From: an uncultured delta proteobacterium | Lineage (GTDB): Bacteria; Desulfobacterota; Binatia; Bin18 | Length of the DNA: 26,371 nt | NCBI GenBank assembly: GCA_963733195.1 | Contig: CAVTCR010000079.1 | Span: 1 to 26,371, forward strand | Reading direction: 5' to 3' | Shown here: in pieces, positions 1 through 9,060 of the stretch | How the letters are laid out: each line of letters starts with the position of its first letter | Position numbering within the stretch: position 1 is the first letter of the stretch | The notes under the pieces: generated by a model | The model's database searches: none | What the model was told of the DNA's origin: nothing | Seen by the model: the letters and a program-made list of their open reading frames with translations, nothing else | Position numbers and translations under genes: made by a program

Positions 1-22
1 ATCCAATATTATAGATAGAGCA

Positions 23-70
23 ACGATTGCGCCGGAGGTGTTATATTGGGCCGATCGGATCATCCGCTGA
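23..70 (+). pseudogene. 3' stub of an ABC substrate-binding protein paralogue (TIAPEVLYWADRIIR*)
   Basis: 48 bp nearly identical to the last 16 codons of the SBP copies ending at 1855, 3714 and 5557; the upstream 22 bp do not match the paralogues. Confidence 0.75.
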
Positions 71-158
71 ATCCACTAGGCATGAGCCAAGAAATCAGGA
101 GTTGTAGCCAGAGTCTTATCTCTGGCTGCTCTTCCGTATTTCTGCTATCCCAAGCACA

Positions 159-374
159 GTGAAGGGAAGCGAGTTTGTTCAGAAAATCCAGCACTTGGGG
201 CGAGAGCGAAGTGTCTCTGTCCAGCTCGTCACAGAGCGAGGGAAAGGTTCGCATGCCACTTTGTATTTTGGTACTCGCTTCACTATTGTAAAGGATCGCA
301 AGAAGGAAATTGGCCCAGGCTTACTTCAGAAGATGTTGTCAGACCTCGGGTTAGACAAAGCCGATATCAGGTAA
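159..374 (+). CDS. hicA: HicA-family mRNA interferase toxin
   Basis: 71 aa basic protein with the GKGSH motif and C-terminal EIGPGLLQKMLSDLGL; directly upstream of a HicB-like gene. Confidence 0.88.
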   Translation: MKGSEFVQKIQHLGRERSVSVQLVTERGKGSHATLYFGTRFTIVKDRKKEIGPGLLQKMLSDLGLDKADIR

Positions 375-386
375 GCGAGGTGTCTC

Positions 387-830
387 GTGTTGCGACAGTT
401 TATCTATCCGGCAGATGTGGAACGTGATGAGGCCGGCTATTTTCTTGTTACTTTCCCGGATTTCCCAGAGGCTGGGACAGACGGTGAGACTTTAGAAGAG
501 GCATTGGCCGAGGCAGCAGATTGTCTGGCAGAAGCCATGGCTGGTCGCATTGCGCGGACTGAGAATATCCCCAAGGCCGCGCGTAAACAGAAAGGCCAGT
601 ACGCTATTGCTATTCCCGCCCAGATAGCAGCCAAGGCAGCTCTCTACCTTGCGATGAAAGAGACTGGGATCGACAAGTCTGACTTGGCCCGTCGCCTTGG
701 TCGTGACGTAAAAGAGGTACGGCGCTTACTTAATCCGAAACAGCCTTCTGAGATACAGCGTATCGAAGAAGCCTTAGCCGCAATCGGGCAGGAGCTAGTC
801 GTTGGCGTGCAAACGAGTGCGGCTGGATGA
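387..830 (+). CDS. hicB: HicB-family antitoxin with C-terminal HTH
   Basis: N-terminal YPA...FLVTFPDFPEAGTDGETLEEAL HicB signature; C-terminal KSDLARRLG...EVRRLL HTH. Confidence 0.9.
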   Translation: MLRQFIYPADVERDEAGYFLVTFPDFPEAGTDGETLEEALAEAADCLAEAMAGRIARTENIPKAARKQKGQYAIAIPAQIAAKAALYLAMKETGIDKSDLARRLGRDVKEVRRLLNPKQPSEIQRIEEALAAIGQELVVGVQTSAAG

Positions 831-849
831 GACTAAGACCCAAAGAAAG

Positions 850-1855
850 ATGAGAAAGATAAGTCTCGCCTCATCCTACGCGCAGTGGTCTGTCGCCCTC
901 GTCGTGCTCCTAGTGAGCAGTGGGCTGCTCACCGGCAGTGCAGGCGCGGAGGAGCGCACCCACCCATCAAAATTGGGGTGCTGACGGCGGCGTGGGGGCC
1001 CACGCCAGAAACGGTAGGCCTGCGGGACGGTCTGGTGGAGCTGGGCTACCGTGAGAACGAGCAGTTCGTTCTCGGCGTCCGCTTCACCCAAGGTGATCTG
1101 GCCGCCTTGCCTGCGGCCGCACGCGAACTGGTCCAGTACGGAGTGGACATCATCTTCACCTCGGACGATAGCCCGGCGAAGGCGGCGCAGATGGCGACCA
1201 CCCGCATCCCGATTGTCTTCTCTGTGGTGAGCGACCCCGTAGGGCTAGGTCTGATCCAGAGCTTCGCCCGGCCTGGCGGTAACATCACGGGGGTGACCGA
1301 TCTGCGGCTCGAGCTGGGCCCGAAGCGTCTGGAACTCTTCCACGAGATCGTCCCGGGTCTGAAGCGGGTCCTATACCTCTACGATGCAGCCGATGCCGAC
1401 TCCGTGGCGGGGGCGAAGATGTATCGCGAGGCTGCTCACCGCCTTGGGATCGAGCTGGTGGAGAAGCCAGTGCGGACCGAGGAGGAGGCGCAGGCAACTC
1501 TCGCCCAGGTCCGCAAAGGCGAGGTGGATGGGATCCTGCAGCCGCCCTCTGCCTCTTTGAACATTCCCGGCTTCATCCTGGAGGCGTCCTCCCAACAGGC
1601 GATCCCGACAATGTTCTGACTGCAGCGTTCTGGGTGGAGCGCGGCGCACTCGCCAGCTATGGTCCGGACTATCACGAAACAGGCCGGCAAGCGGCGCGCC
1701 TGGTGGACAAGATCCTCAAAGGGGCGAACCCGGCGGAGATCCCCGTGGAGGTGAACCCGAAGGTCGAGTTCGCTATCAATCTGAAAGTTGCGAAAGCTCT
1801 GGGGCTCACGATCGCGCCGGAGGTGTTGTATCGGGCCGATCGGATCATCCGCTAG
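850..1855 (+). pseudogene. ABC transporter substrate-binding protein (ABC_sub_bind/PF04392-like), copy 1, two frameshifts
   Basis: Signal peptide MRKISLASSYAQWSVALVVLLVSSGLLTGSAGAEE; family motifs IPIVF..SDPVGLGLIQSFARPGGNITG and SYGPD...AARLVDKILKGANPAEIPVE...INLKVAKALGLTI; frameshifts near 961 and 1617 relative to the paralogues (may be sequencing errors). Confidence 0.85.
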
Positions 1856-1885
1856 ACGTTACGCTAAAAGAAACTCTCTTTATTA

Positions 1886-1915
1886 TTGACAAACTTCGCC
1901 CTTTGGCAGGATAAT
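1886..1915 (+). promoter_or_regulatory. sigma70-type promoter for the DUF5678-protease pair
   Basis: TTGACA (1886-1891), 18 bp spacer, GATAAT (1910-1915), about 50 bp upstream of ATG 1967. Confidence 0.6.
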
Positions 1916-1966
1916 TCTTCACGCTGAGTAACATACAGAAGAAAAATCAGTAAGCTGGGGAAACAT

Positions 1967-2254
1967 ATGGCAGAACAGACAGAGAGGTTGATAGAATTCG
2001 ATTCTATCCAATCTCACCCAGGGCCGCCCGCTTCAGGCCACAGAACCCGAGAGTTAGAGTGGCGACGTACGCATAGAGAAGTTCTGCGCAACTTTGCCGG
2101 TCAGTGGGTTGTGTTGGAGGGAGAAGAGATTGTGACCCATGGTAAAGATCCACAACAGGTTGTAATCGAAGCCCGAGCCAAGGGCATTCGGGTTCCCTAC
2201 ATCTTTTACGTAGGGAAGCCGACCAATGTGAGTCCAGTGACTCTGGAATGGTAA
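1967..2254 (+). CDS. DUF5678-domain small protein
   Basis: W....L..FAGQWVVLEGEEIVTHGKDPQQVVIEARAKGIRVPYIFYV pattern recognised as DUF5678-like. Confidence 0.7.
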   Translation: MAEQTERLIEFDSIQSHPGPPASGHRTRELEWRRTHREVLRNFAGQWVVLEGEEIVTHGKDPQQVVIEARAKGIRVPYIFYVGKPTNVSPVTLEW

Positions 2255-2259
2255 GGAGT

Positions 2260-2682
2260 ATGGTTACCGTACAATACCAGCATGAGTTTCCATATACTTA
2301 TGTCGGGGAGTACGATGATTATTTCCCAATACTCACGCTGCGGATGACAAACCCGCACCAGTCTGAGCAGAGCCTCGATATAGATGGGTACCTTGACTCA
2401 GGAGCGAAACGCTCCTTTTTTGATGGATGGATAGCGGCAACGCTCGGTTTTGATCTTTTCAGCGGGCCAAAGGTCACACACGGGTCGTCTACGGGTTTCC
2501 AAACTACAGGACATCTCCATCAGGTCCGCTTCTTTCATCCTGCCCTTGGAAGTTTCGACCTTGAGATAAGCTTCAGCACGGCGAAGATTTCGCGGAATCT
2601 GATCGGCCGTGACTTCTTTAATCTAGTCCAGGTTGGGTTCCGCGAAAAATACCTGACTTTCTACTTAACGCCTACTCCGTGA
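2260..2682 (+). CDS. Retropepsin-like (single-domain) aspartyl protease
   Basis: YLDSGA catalytic D-S-G motif and C-terminal LIGRDFF motif; RBS AAGGAG precedes ATG 2260. Confidence 0.8.
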   Translation: MVTVQYQHEFPYTYVGEYDDYFPILTLRMTNPHQSEQSLDIDGYLDSGAKRSFFDGWIAATLGFDLFSGPKVTHGSSTGFQTTGHLHQVRFFHPALGSFDLEISFSTAKISRNLIGRDFFNLVQVGFREKYLTFYLTPTP

Positions 2683-2697
2683 AGGAGACACAGAGGG

Positions 2698-3714
2698 GTG
2701 ATTTGCCGAGCAACAAAAGAAGCTCTTGGAACTCTCCAAGGGTTGCGGTCTGTCGCTCTCGTCGTACTCCTGATGAGCTAGTGGGCTGCTCACCGGCAGT
2801 GCAGTCGCGGAGGAGCGCACCCGACCCATCAAAATTGGGGTGCTGACGGAATCGTGGGGTCCCACGCCAGAAGTGGTGGGTTTGCGGGATGGTCTGCTGG
2901 AGTTGGGCTATCGTGAGAACGAACAGTTCGTGCTCGGGGTTCGTTTCACGAAGGAGATTTGACAGCCCTGCCCACCGCCGCACGCGAGCTGGTTCAGTAC
3001 GGAGTTGACATCATCTTCACCTCGGAAGACAGCCCGGCGAAGGCGGCGCAGATGGCGACCACCCGCATCCCGATTGTCTTCTCTTATGTATCCGACCCCG
3101 TAGGGGTGGGTCTGATCCAGAGCTTTGCCCGGCCCGGCGGCAACATCACCGGAGTAACCGGTCTGTACCTCGAGCTGGGCCCGAAACGTTTAGAACTCTT
3201 TCACGAGATCGTCCCGAGTCTGAAGCGGGTCCTGTATCTCTACGACGCAGCTGATGCCCATTCCGAGGCGGAGGCGAAAGTATACCGTGACGCCGCGCAC
3301 CGCCTTGGCATTGTGCTGGTGGAGAAGGTGGCGCGGACCGAGGAGGAGGCGCAGGCAACCCTCGCCCAGGTCCGCAAAGGCGAGGTGGATGGGATCCTGC
3401 CGCCGCGCCATGCCTCTTTGAATATTCCCGGCTTCATCCTGGAGGCGTCCTCCCAACAGGCGATCCCGGCTATGTTCGATGCAGCGTTCTGGGTGGAGCG
3501 TGGCGCACCCGTCAGCTATGGTCCAGACTATCACGAAATAGGTCGGCAAGCGGCACGCCTGGTAGACAAGATTCTCAAAGGGACGAAGCCGGCGGAGATT
3601 CCCGTGGAGGTGAGCCCGAAAATCGAGTTCGCCATTAATCTGAAGGTGGCGAAAGCCCTGGGGCTGACGATTGCACCGGAGGTATTGTATCGGGCCGATC
3701 GGATCATCCGCTGA
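2698..3714 (+). pseudogene. ABC substrate-binding protein, copy 2, two frameshifts in the 5' part
   Basis: Highly similar to copy 1; extra base near 2778 and missing base near 2950; 2959-3714 is open. Confidence 0.85.
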
Positions 3715-3747
3715 CTCTACAAAAGAGTAAGAAAGGAAGATAGATTT

Positions 3748-4323
3748 ATGTTGTCACAATTCACGAAAGGTTTATCTCTGGCGTGCATACTGCTGGCCGG
3801 AGCACTGGATGGAGCCGGGATGGCCCTCGCGGTGGAGGTTGGGGAGAAAGCACCGGACTTTACGCTCCCCAGTACAACAGGAAAGGATATTAGCCTGAGC
3901 GAGTTTCTGGGTAAGAAGTATGTCCTCATTGAGTTCTATGGCGGCGATTTCGACCCAGTGTGCGCGAAGAATCTCTCGGCCAGGAAGGCCGACTACAGCA
4001 AGTTCCAGCAACTGGACATCCAGATTCTCGGGATCAGTGGCAACGCTCCTTTTTCTCAGAAGACGTTTGCGGATTCGCTGCAGTTACCGTATCCACTCCT
4101 CAGCGACATGGAACAGAATGCCACCACCAAGGCGTATGGCGTTGTGTCCGGAAACAAGTGGAGGCGATCGTTCTTTCTCATCGATAAGCAGGGAATTATC
4201 CGAGGGCAGTGGCGTGGTGAGGACGAAGGGGTGTTTTCCAACGAGCCACTCCTCAAAGCGGCCCAAGAAATTGCGGGAAAACCGGCCGAGGGCGTTGGTG
4301 AAAAGAAGACGTCAGGGATGTGA
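3748..4323 (+). CDS. Exported AhpC/TSA (peroxiredoxin-like) redoxin, Cys form
   Basis: Signal peptide ending ALA-VEVGEKAPDFTLPST; LIEFYGGDFDPVC active-site region (TGC 3961-3963); ILGIS, YPLLSD and RSFFLIDKQGIIR motifs. Confidence 0.9.
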   Translation: MLSQFTKGLSLACILLAGALDGAGMALAVEVGEKAPDFTLPSTTGKDISLSEFLGKKYVLIEFYGGDFDPVCAKNLSARKADYSKFQQLDIQILGISGNAPFSQKTFADSLQLPYPLLSDMEQNATTKAYGVVSGNKWRRSFFLIDKQGIIRGQWRGEDEGVFSNEPLLKAAQEIAGKPAEGVGEKKTSGM

Positions 4324-4357
4324 GAGGCTTGAAACGTGTCTGAGGACGCCGGGTCAA

Positions 4358-4436
4358 TGTCATTGCGAGGAGCCACGCAGGCGACGAAGCAATCCTTGCA
4401 GAAGACAAAGATTGTTTCGCTTCTCTCGCAATGACA
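4358..4436. repeat. GTCATT-type palindromic intergenic repeat (REP/RPE-like)
   Basis: Terminal IR TGTCATTGCGAG / CTCGCAATGACA; internal imperfect IR CGAAGCAATC / GATTGTTTCG; extra CTCGCAATGAC at 4451-4461. Confidence 0.8.
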
Positions 4437-4498
4437 ACATTGAGGTTACACTCGCAATGACTCAATCAACTGTCTTCTCAGGCAGCCTCTGAGATGCC

Positions 4499-5557
4499 AT
4501 GAACAACGTATTTCTCTCCGAAGACTCCGCTCAAACTCAGGGGAGTCGCGCCACGCCCGGAAGCAAGGGTGGCGGCCGGCTGCTGCGGCGGACGTTCATC
4601 ATTGCCCTCGTCTTAGTAAGCAGTGGGCTGCTCACCGGCAGTGCAGAGGCGGAGGAGCGCACCTAACCCATCAAAATTGGGGTGCTGACGGCGGCGTGGG
4701 GGCCCCGCCACAAGCGGTAGGCCTGCGGGACGGTCTGCTGGAGCTGGGCTATCGCGAGAACGAGCAGTTCATTCTCGGTGTCCGCTTCACCCAAGGAGAT
4801 CTGGCAGCCCTACCCGCCGCCGCGCGCGAGCTGATCCAGTACGGAGTGGACATCATCTTCACCTCGGAAGCGAGCCCAGCGAAGGCGGTACAGATGGCGA
4901 CCACCCGGATCCCGATTGTCTTCTCTGGAGTGGCCGATCCCGTAGGGCTAGGCCTGATCCAGAGCTTCGCCCGACCTGGCAGCAACATCACGGGGGTGAC
5001 CGACTGCAATTTGAGCTGAGCCCGAAGCGCCTGGAACTCTTCCACGAGATCATTCCGGGCTTGAAGCGGGTCCTGTACCCTCTACGATGCAGCCGATGCC
5101 TACGCCGTAGCAGAGGCGAGAGTGTACCGCGAGGCTGCCCGCCGCCTTGGGATCGAGCTGGTAGAGCAGGTGGTGCAGACGCGAGGAAGAGGCGCATGTG
5201 ACCCTCGCTCAGATCTCGAAGGACGAGGTGGATGGGATCCTGATGCCGGCCTCCCTCTCCTTGAACATTCCCGGCTTTGTCCTGGAGGCCACCTCTCAAC
5301 GGGCGCTCCCAACAATGTTCAATGCAGCGTCTTGGGTGGAGCGCGGTGCACTCGTCAGCTACGGTGCGAACCTTCACGAGTCAGGCCGGCAGGCGGCGCG
5401 CCTGGTGGACAAGATTCTCAAAGGGGCGAACCCGGCGGAGATTCCCGTGGAGGTGAACCCGAAGGTCGAGTTCGTCATCAATCTGAAAGTCGCAAAAGCC
5501 CTGGGGCTCACGATCGCGCCGGAGGTGTTGTATCGAGCTGATCGGATCATCCGCTGA
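4499..5557 (+). pseudogene. ABC substrate-binding protein, copy 3, carrying a histidine-kinase-like N-terminus; stop at 4664 and about four frameshifts
   Basis: MNNVFLSEDSAQTQGSRATPGSKGGGRLLRRTFIIALVLVS matches the kinase N-terminus at 6491, then switches to SBP sequence; TAA 4664-4666; indels near 4705, 5005, 5080 and 5181. Confidence 0.8.
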
Positions 5558-5643
5558 ATCCATTCCGAGAACAGGGGCGAAACATCGGGGAACTTGTGTT
5601 ATAGGGCAAAAAAATATTGCCCTAGGAAAGTGAGGGTGAAAAT

Positions 5644-6312
5644 ATGTTAGCGAATCGAAGAAAAGGACTGTTTCTGTCCAGTGTGCTGCTGGTCGGTGTG
5701 CTGGGTGTAGCCGGTGTGGCTACAGCGGTGGAAGTCGGGGAGAAAGCACCAGACTTTACGCTCCCCAGTACAATAGGAAAGGATATTAGTCTCAGCCAGT
5801 TTCAGGGAAAGAAACATGTTCTTATTGAATTCTATGGAGCCGACTTTTACCCCACAATGAGCGGAGAACCTGTCGGCCAGGAAGGCTGACTACAGCAAAT
5901 TCCAGGCACTAGACGTTCAGGTTCTCGGGATCAGCCAATACCCTTCCCTTTTCGCAGAAAGCGTTTGCGGACTCGCTCAAGTTACCATACCCGCTCCTCA
6001 GCGACTCACTTTTGCAGACCACCAAGGCGTATGGCGTTCTGTACGGCTCCACAACCTGTGTTGCTAGCCACTCCGGGGTGTGAGAATCAAAAGATAGACG
6101 CCCCCGGTATGGAGTGGGGTTCCCTCTCTAATGTGGAGGGGAGAATATCAAAGCGATCGTTCTTCCTTGTGGATAAGGACGGAATTGTCCGAGGGAAGTG
6201 GATCGGTGAGGACTTGGCCGTCTTTTCCAGCGAGCTGTTGCTGAAAGCGGCACGGGAAATTGCGGGAAAACCTGCCGAGGACGCTGGTGAAAAGAAGCCG
6301 TCAGGGATGTGA
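5644..6312 (+). CDS. AhpC/TSA redoxin paralogue, probable selenoprotein (UGA at the active-site Cys position), with indels
   Basis: Colinear with 3748-4323; TGA 5858-5860 aligns with TGC 3961 and is followed by AENLSARKADYSKF; needs removal of one base in 5845-5857; further indels near 5940 and an about 90 bp longer, frame-disrupted segment near 6050-6145. Confidence 0.7.
5872..5890 (+). promoter_or_regulatory. Putative bacterial SECIS hairpin
   Basis: GTCGGCC-AGGAA-GGCTGAC (7-bp stem, one G-U pair) starting 11 nt after the UGA, with G at loop position 2. Confidence 0.6.
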
Positions 6313-6337
6313 GAGTAGCCTGAAAAGTGGCTATGTA

Positions 6338-6422
6338 GTCATTCCGCGAGAAGCCGGAGGCGACGAAGCAATCTCTAACCAGAGGCAATGCTTGAATCCG
6401 GCTGCTCGCTCCCGTCAATGAG
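6338..6422. repeat. Degenerate copy of the GTCATT palindromic repeat
   Basis: GTCATT..GCGAG...GGCGACGAAGCAATC matches 4359-4394; same position after the redoxin gene; right arm decayed. Confidence 0.6.
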
Positions 6423-6490
6423 GACATTAGTGCTGACATACGCAATGGAGCATCAAAATGCTGGTCTCGCTAGACAGCCTCTGACATGCG

Positions 6491-8390
6491 ATGAATACCG
6501 CGTTCCTCTCTGAAGACTCCGCTCGAACTCAAGGCAGTCATGCCACGCCTGGAAACAGGAGCGGCGGCCGGCTGCTGCGGCGGACGTTCATCATCGCCCT
6601 CGTCTTAGTAAGCGGCGGGCTACTCACAAGCGGTGCGGTCGAACTCTTCTTTCGCTACCGCGAGAGCGTCGAGGGCATCTGGGCGCTGCAACGGGAGATG
6701 GCGCAAGGGGCCGCCTTCAAGATCCAACAGTTCGTGCAGGACATCGAGAAGACGCTGCGGGCGTCCACGCAGACGCCAGATATCGTGACCGCCGGGTTGA
6801 CGGCAGGCCTACCGGTTCCAACTCATCAAGCTGCTGAAAGTCACTCCTGCGATCACCACGGCCACGGTACTGGATGCCAACGGCCGCGAACTGCTTAAGG
6901 AGTCGCGAGTGGAGATGACCCGGCCGCAGGAGCTGGGAGACTCATTCCTCAGACGAAGCCTTTGTGCAGGCTCGTGGAGGACGCCGCGTTCTTCAGTCCA
7001 GTGTATTTCGTGCAGGCAGTCCGAGCCGTACATGCGTATCGGCGTTCCCATCGAGCCGTTCGCTGGAGAGGTGATCGGTGTCCTGATCGCCGAGGTCAAC
7101 CTCAAATACATCTGGGAGGTCATCTCGCAGATCAAAGTAGGTCAGACCGGGTACGCTTATGTCGTCTCCCGTGAGGGGGATCTCATCGCCCATCCCGACA
7201 TCAGCCTGGTTCTGCAGAAGCAGAACCTGAGGAATCTTGGTCAGGTGCAGGCGGCACTGGCTGGCGCGCCGGGTCCGTTTGCCGCTCAGCCGAACCTGGC
7301 TGGCCAGCAGGTTTTCCCAGCCTATGCGGTTATTCCCGACCTCGGGTGGGCGGTGCTGGTCGAACGGCCAACCGCTGAGGCCTATGCGCCTCTGTACGCC
7401 TCGATTCTCAGAACCTCAGTGCTTCTTCTGGTTGGCCTCGGCATGGCTACCCTGGCAAGCCTGCTGATTAGCCGTCGGGTCGTGCGTCCGGTAGGGGTGC
7501 TCCGCCAGGGGGCGGCCCAAATCGGCGCGGGCGCGCTGGACCACCGTATTGATGTCCAGACCGGCGATGAGCTGGAAGCCTTGGCCACAGAGTTCAACCG
7601 GATGGCTGCCCAACTCCAGGAGTCATACGCCGGCCTGGAGCAGAAGGTTGAGGAACGCACGCGCGAACTCGAGATCGCCAGCAAACACAAATCCCAGTTC
7701 CTCGCTAATATGAGCCACGAACTGCGCACTCCCTTGAATGGCATCCAGGGCTATACCGAACTCATTATGGACGGCATTTATGGCGAGGTACCGGAGAAAA
7801 TCAAAGAGGTCATGGAGCGCATACAGCAAAGCGGCAATCGGCTCCTCGGCCTGATCAACGCCGTCCTCGATCTCTCGAAGATCGAGGCAGGGCGGATCAC
7901 GCTCTCGCTGGCTGACTACTCGATGCAGGGAGTCGTGCAAAACGTGTTCACGGCTGTAGAGCCGCTGGCAGCGGAAAAAAGCTTGCACTGAACGTAAACA
8001 TACAACCTAACTTGCCAGTAGGCAAAGGCGATGAACAACGCATCACGCAGGTGCTCACGAACCTCGTGGGGAATGCCATCAAGTTCACTGAGGTCGGTAA
8101 GGTCGGCGTGCAGGTGACCTCAACCAACGGCGACGTTTATGGTCGCGGTGTCCGACACGGGTACCGGAATCGCGGAAGCCGATCAACAGAAAGTCTTTGA
8201 GGAGTTCCAGCAGGCCGACAGTTCCAGCACGCGGAAGAAGGGTGGAACCGGCCTTGGTCTGACCATCGCCAAAAAAATTATCGAGATGCATGGCGGACGC
8301 ATCTGGGTGGAATCGAGCATCTGGGACAAGGCTCGACCTTCTCAGTTTACGCTGCCGGTGCGTGTCGAGCAGCAGAGGGAAGTGACATGA
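6491..8390 (+). pseudogene. Cache-HAMP-HisKA-HATPase sensor histidine kinase with multiple frameshifts
   Basis: TM1, Cache-like GQTGYAYVVSREGDLIAHPD, TM2, HAMP (DELEALATEFNRMA), H-box FLANMSHELRTPLN, N-box NLVGNAIKFT, DTGTGI and GGTGLGL; split over ORFs 6491, 6909, 8012 and 8139. Confidence 0.88.
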
Positions 8391-8752
8391 GCAAGCGGAT
8401 CTTGGTTGTTGAGGACGAAGAGGATAACCGGCGCATCGTGCGCGACCTGCTCACCAGCGTCGGCTATGAGATCATCGAATCGGTGACCGGAGAAGAAGGA
8501 GTGAATGCGGCGGCAACGCATGTTCCCGACCTGATCCTTATGGATATTCAACTGCCTGGTCTCGATGGCTACGAAGCGACACGCCGGATCAAGGCCAACC
8601 CAGCGCTCCGCCACATCCCAATCATTGTCGTGACCTCCTATGCGCTGAGCGGAGACGACGTTAAGGCATTCGCGGCTGGCTGTGATGCTTATATCTCTAA
8701 GCCCTTCAGCCCACGCGTGCTCCTGGCGAAAATTCGTGAGTACTTGCCGTAG
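8387..8752 (+). CDS. Single-domain response regulator (DivK/CheY-like receiver)
   Basis: [24 protein letters not shown] and YISKPF motifs; overlaps the kinase stop (ATGA). Confidence 0.92.
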   Translation: MSKRILVVEDEEDNRRIVRDLLTSVGYEIIESVTGEEGVNAAATHVPDLILMDIQLPGLDGYEATRRIKANPALRHIPIIVVTSYALSGDDVKAFAAGCDAYISKPFSPRVLLAKIREYLP

Positions 8753-8770
8753 GAGGGATACCATTCGCAA

Positions 8771-8804
8771 AATCCCCCTAGCCCCCTTTTTCTCAGGGGG
8801 GAAT
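8771..8804. terminator. C-rich/G-rich hairpin after the response regulator
   Basis: AATCCCCCTAGCCCCCTTTTTCTCAGGGGGGAAT; CCCCCT arms pair with AGGGGG. Confidence 0.35.
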
Positions 8805-9060
8805 CGGAATGCCCCCTTCGGATTTCAAGCAACGTTACTACACACGGGAACTCCCGCTTTTGCGAGTATGGCGCCACCACTGCCTGCTACCCTTACATAC
8901 TCAACATGATGCCAGCATTTAGCCGTGTGTTTTATATAAGCACGTCCCGAGCTGATCCTTGCTCGCAAGTGATGCAAAATTTTTAAGATGGCAGAATTTG
9001 ACGGAAAAATGTCATTACCGACATCTTGCGACACAACGGAGGGCTGCCCATAATGTCGCC

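Noticed and set aside
1617-1619. TGA in SBP copy 1 as selenocysteine or readthrough
   Set aside because: Aligns with Asp/Asn in the paralogues, and downstream homology is in another frame, so it is an indel product
850-5557. Diversity-generating retroelement explanation for SBP variation
   Set aside because: No reverse transcriptase in the window; differences are spread over the gene and are not evidently adenine-specific
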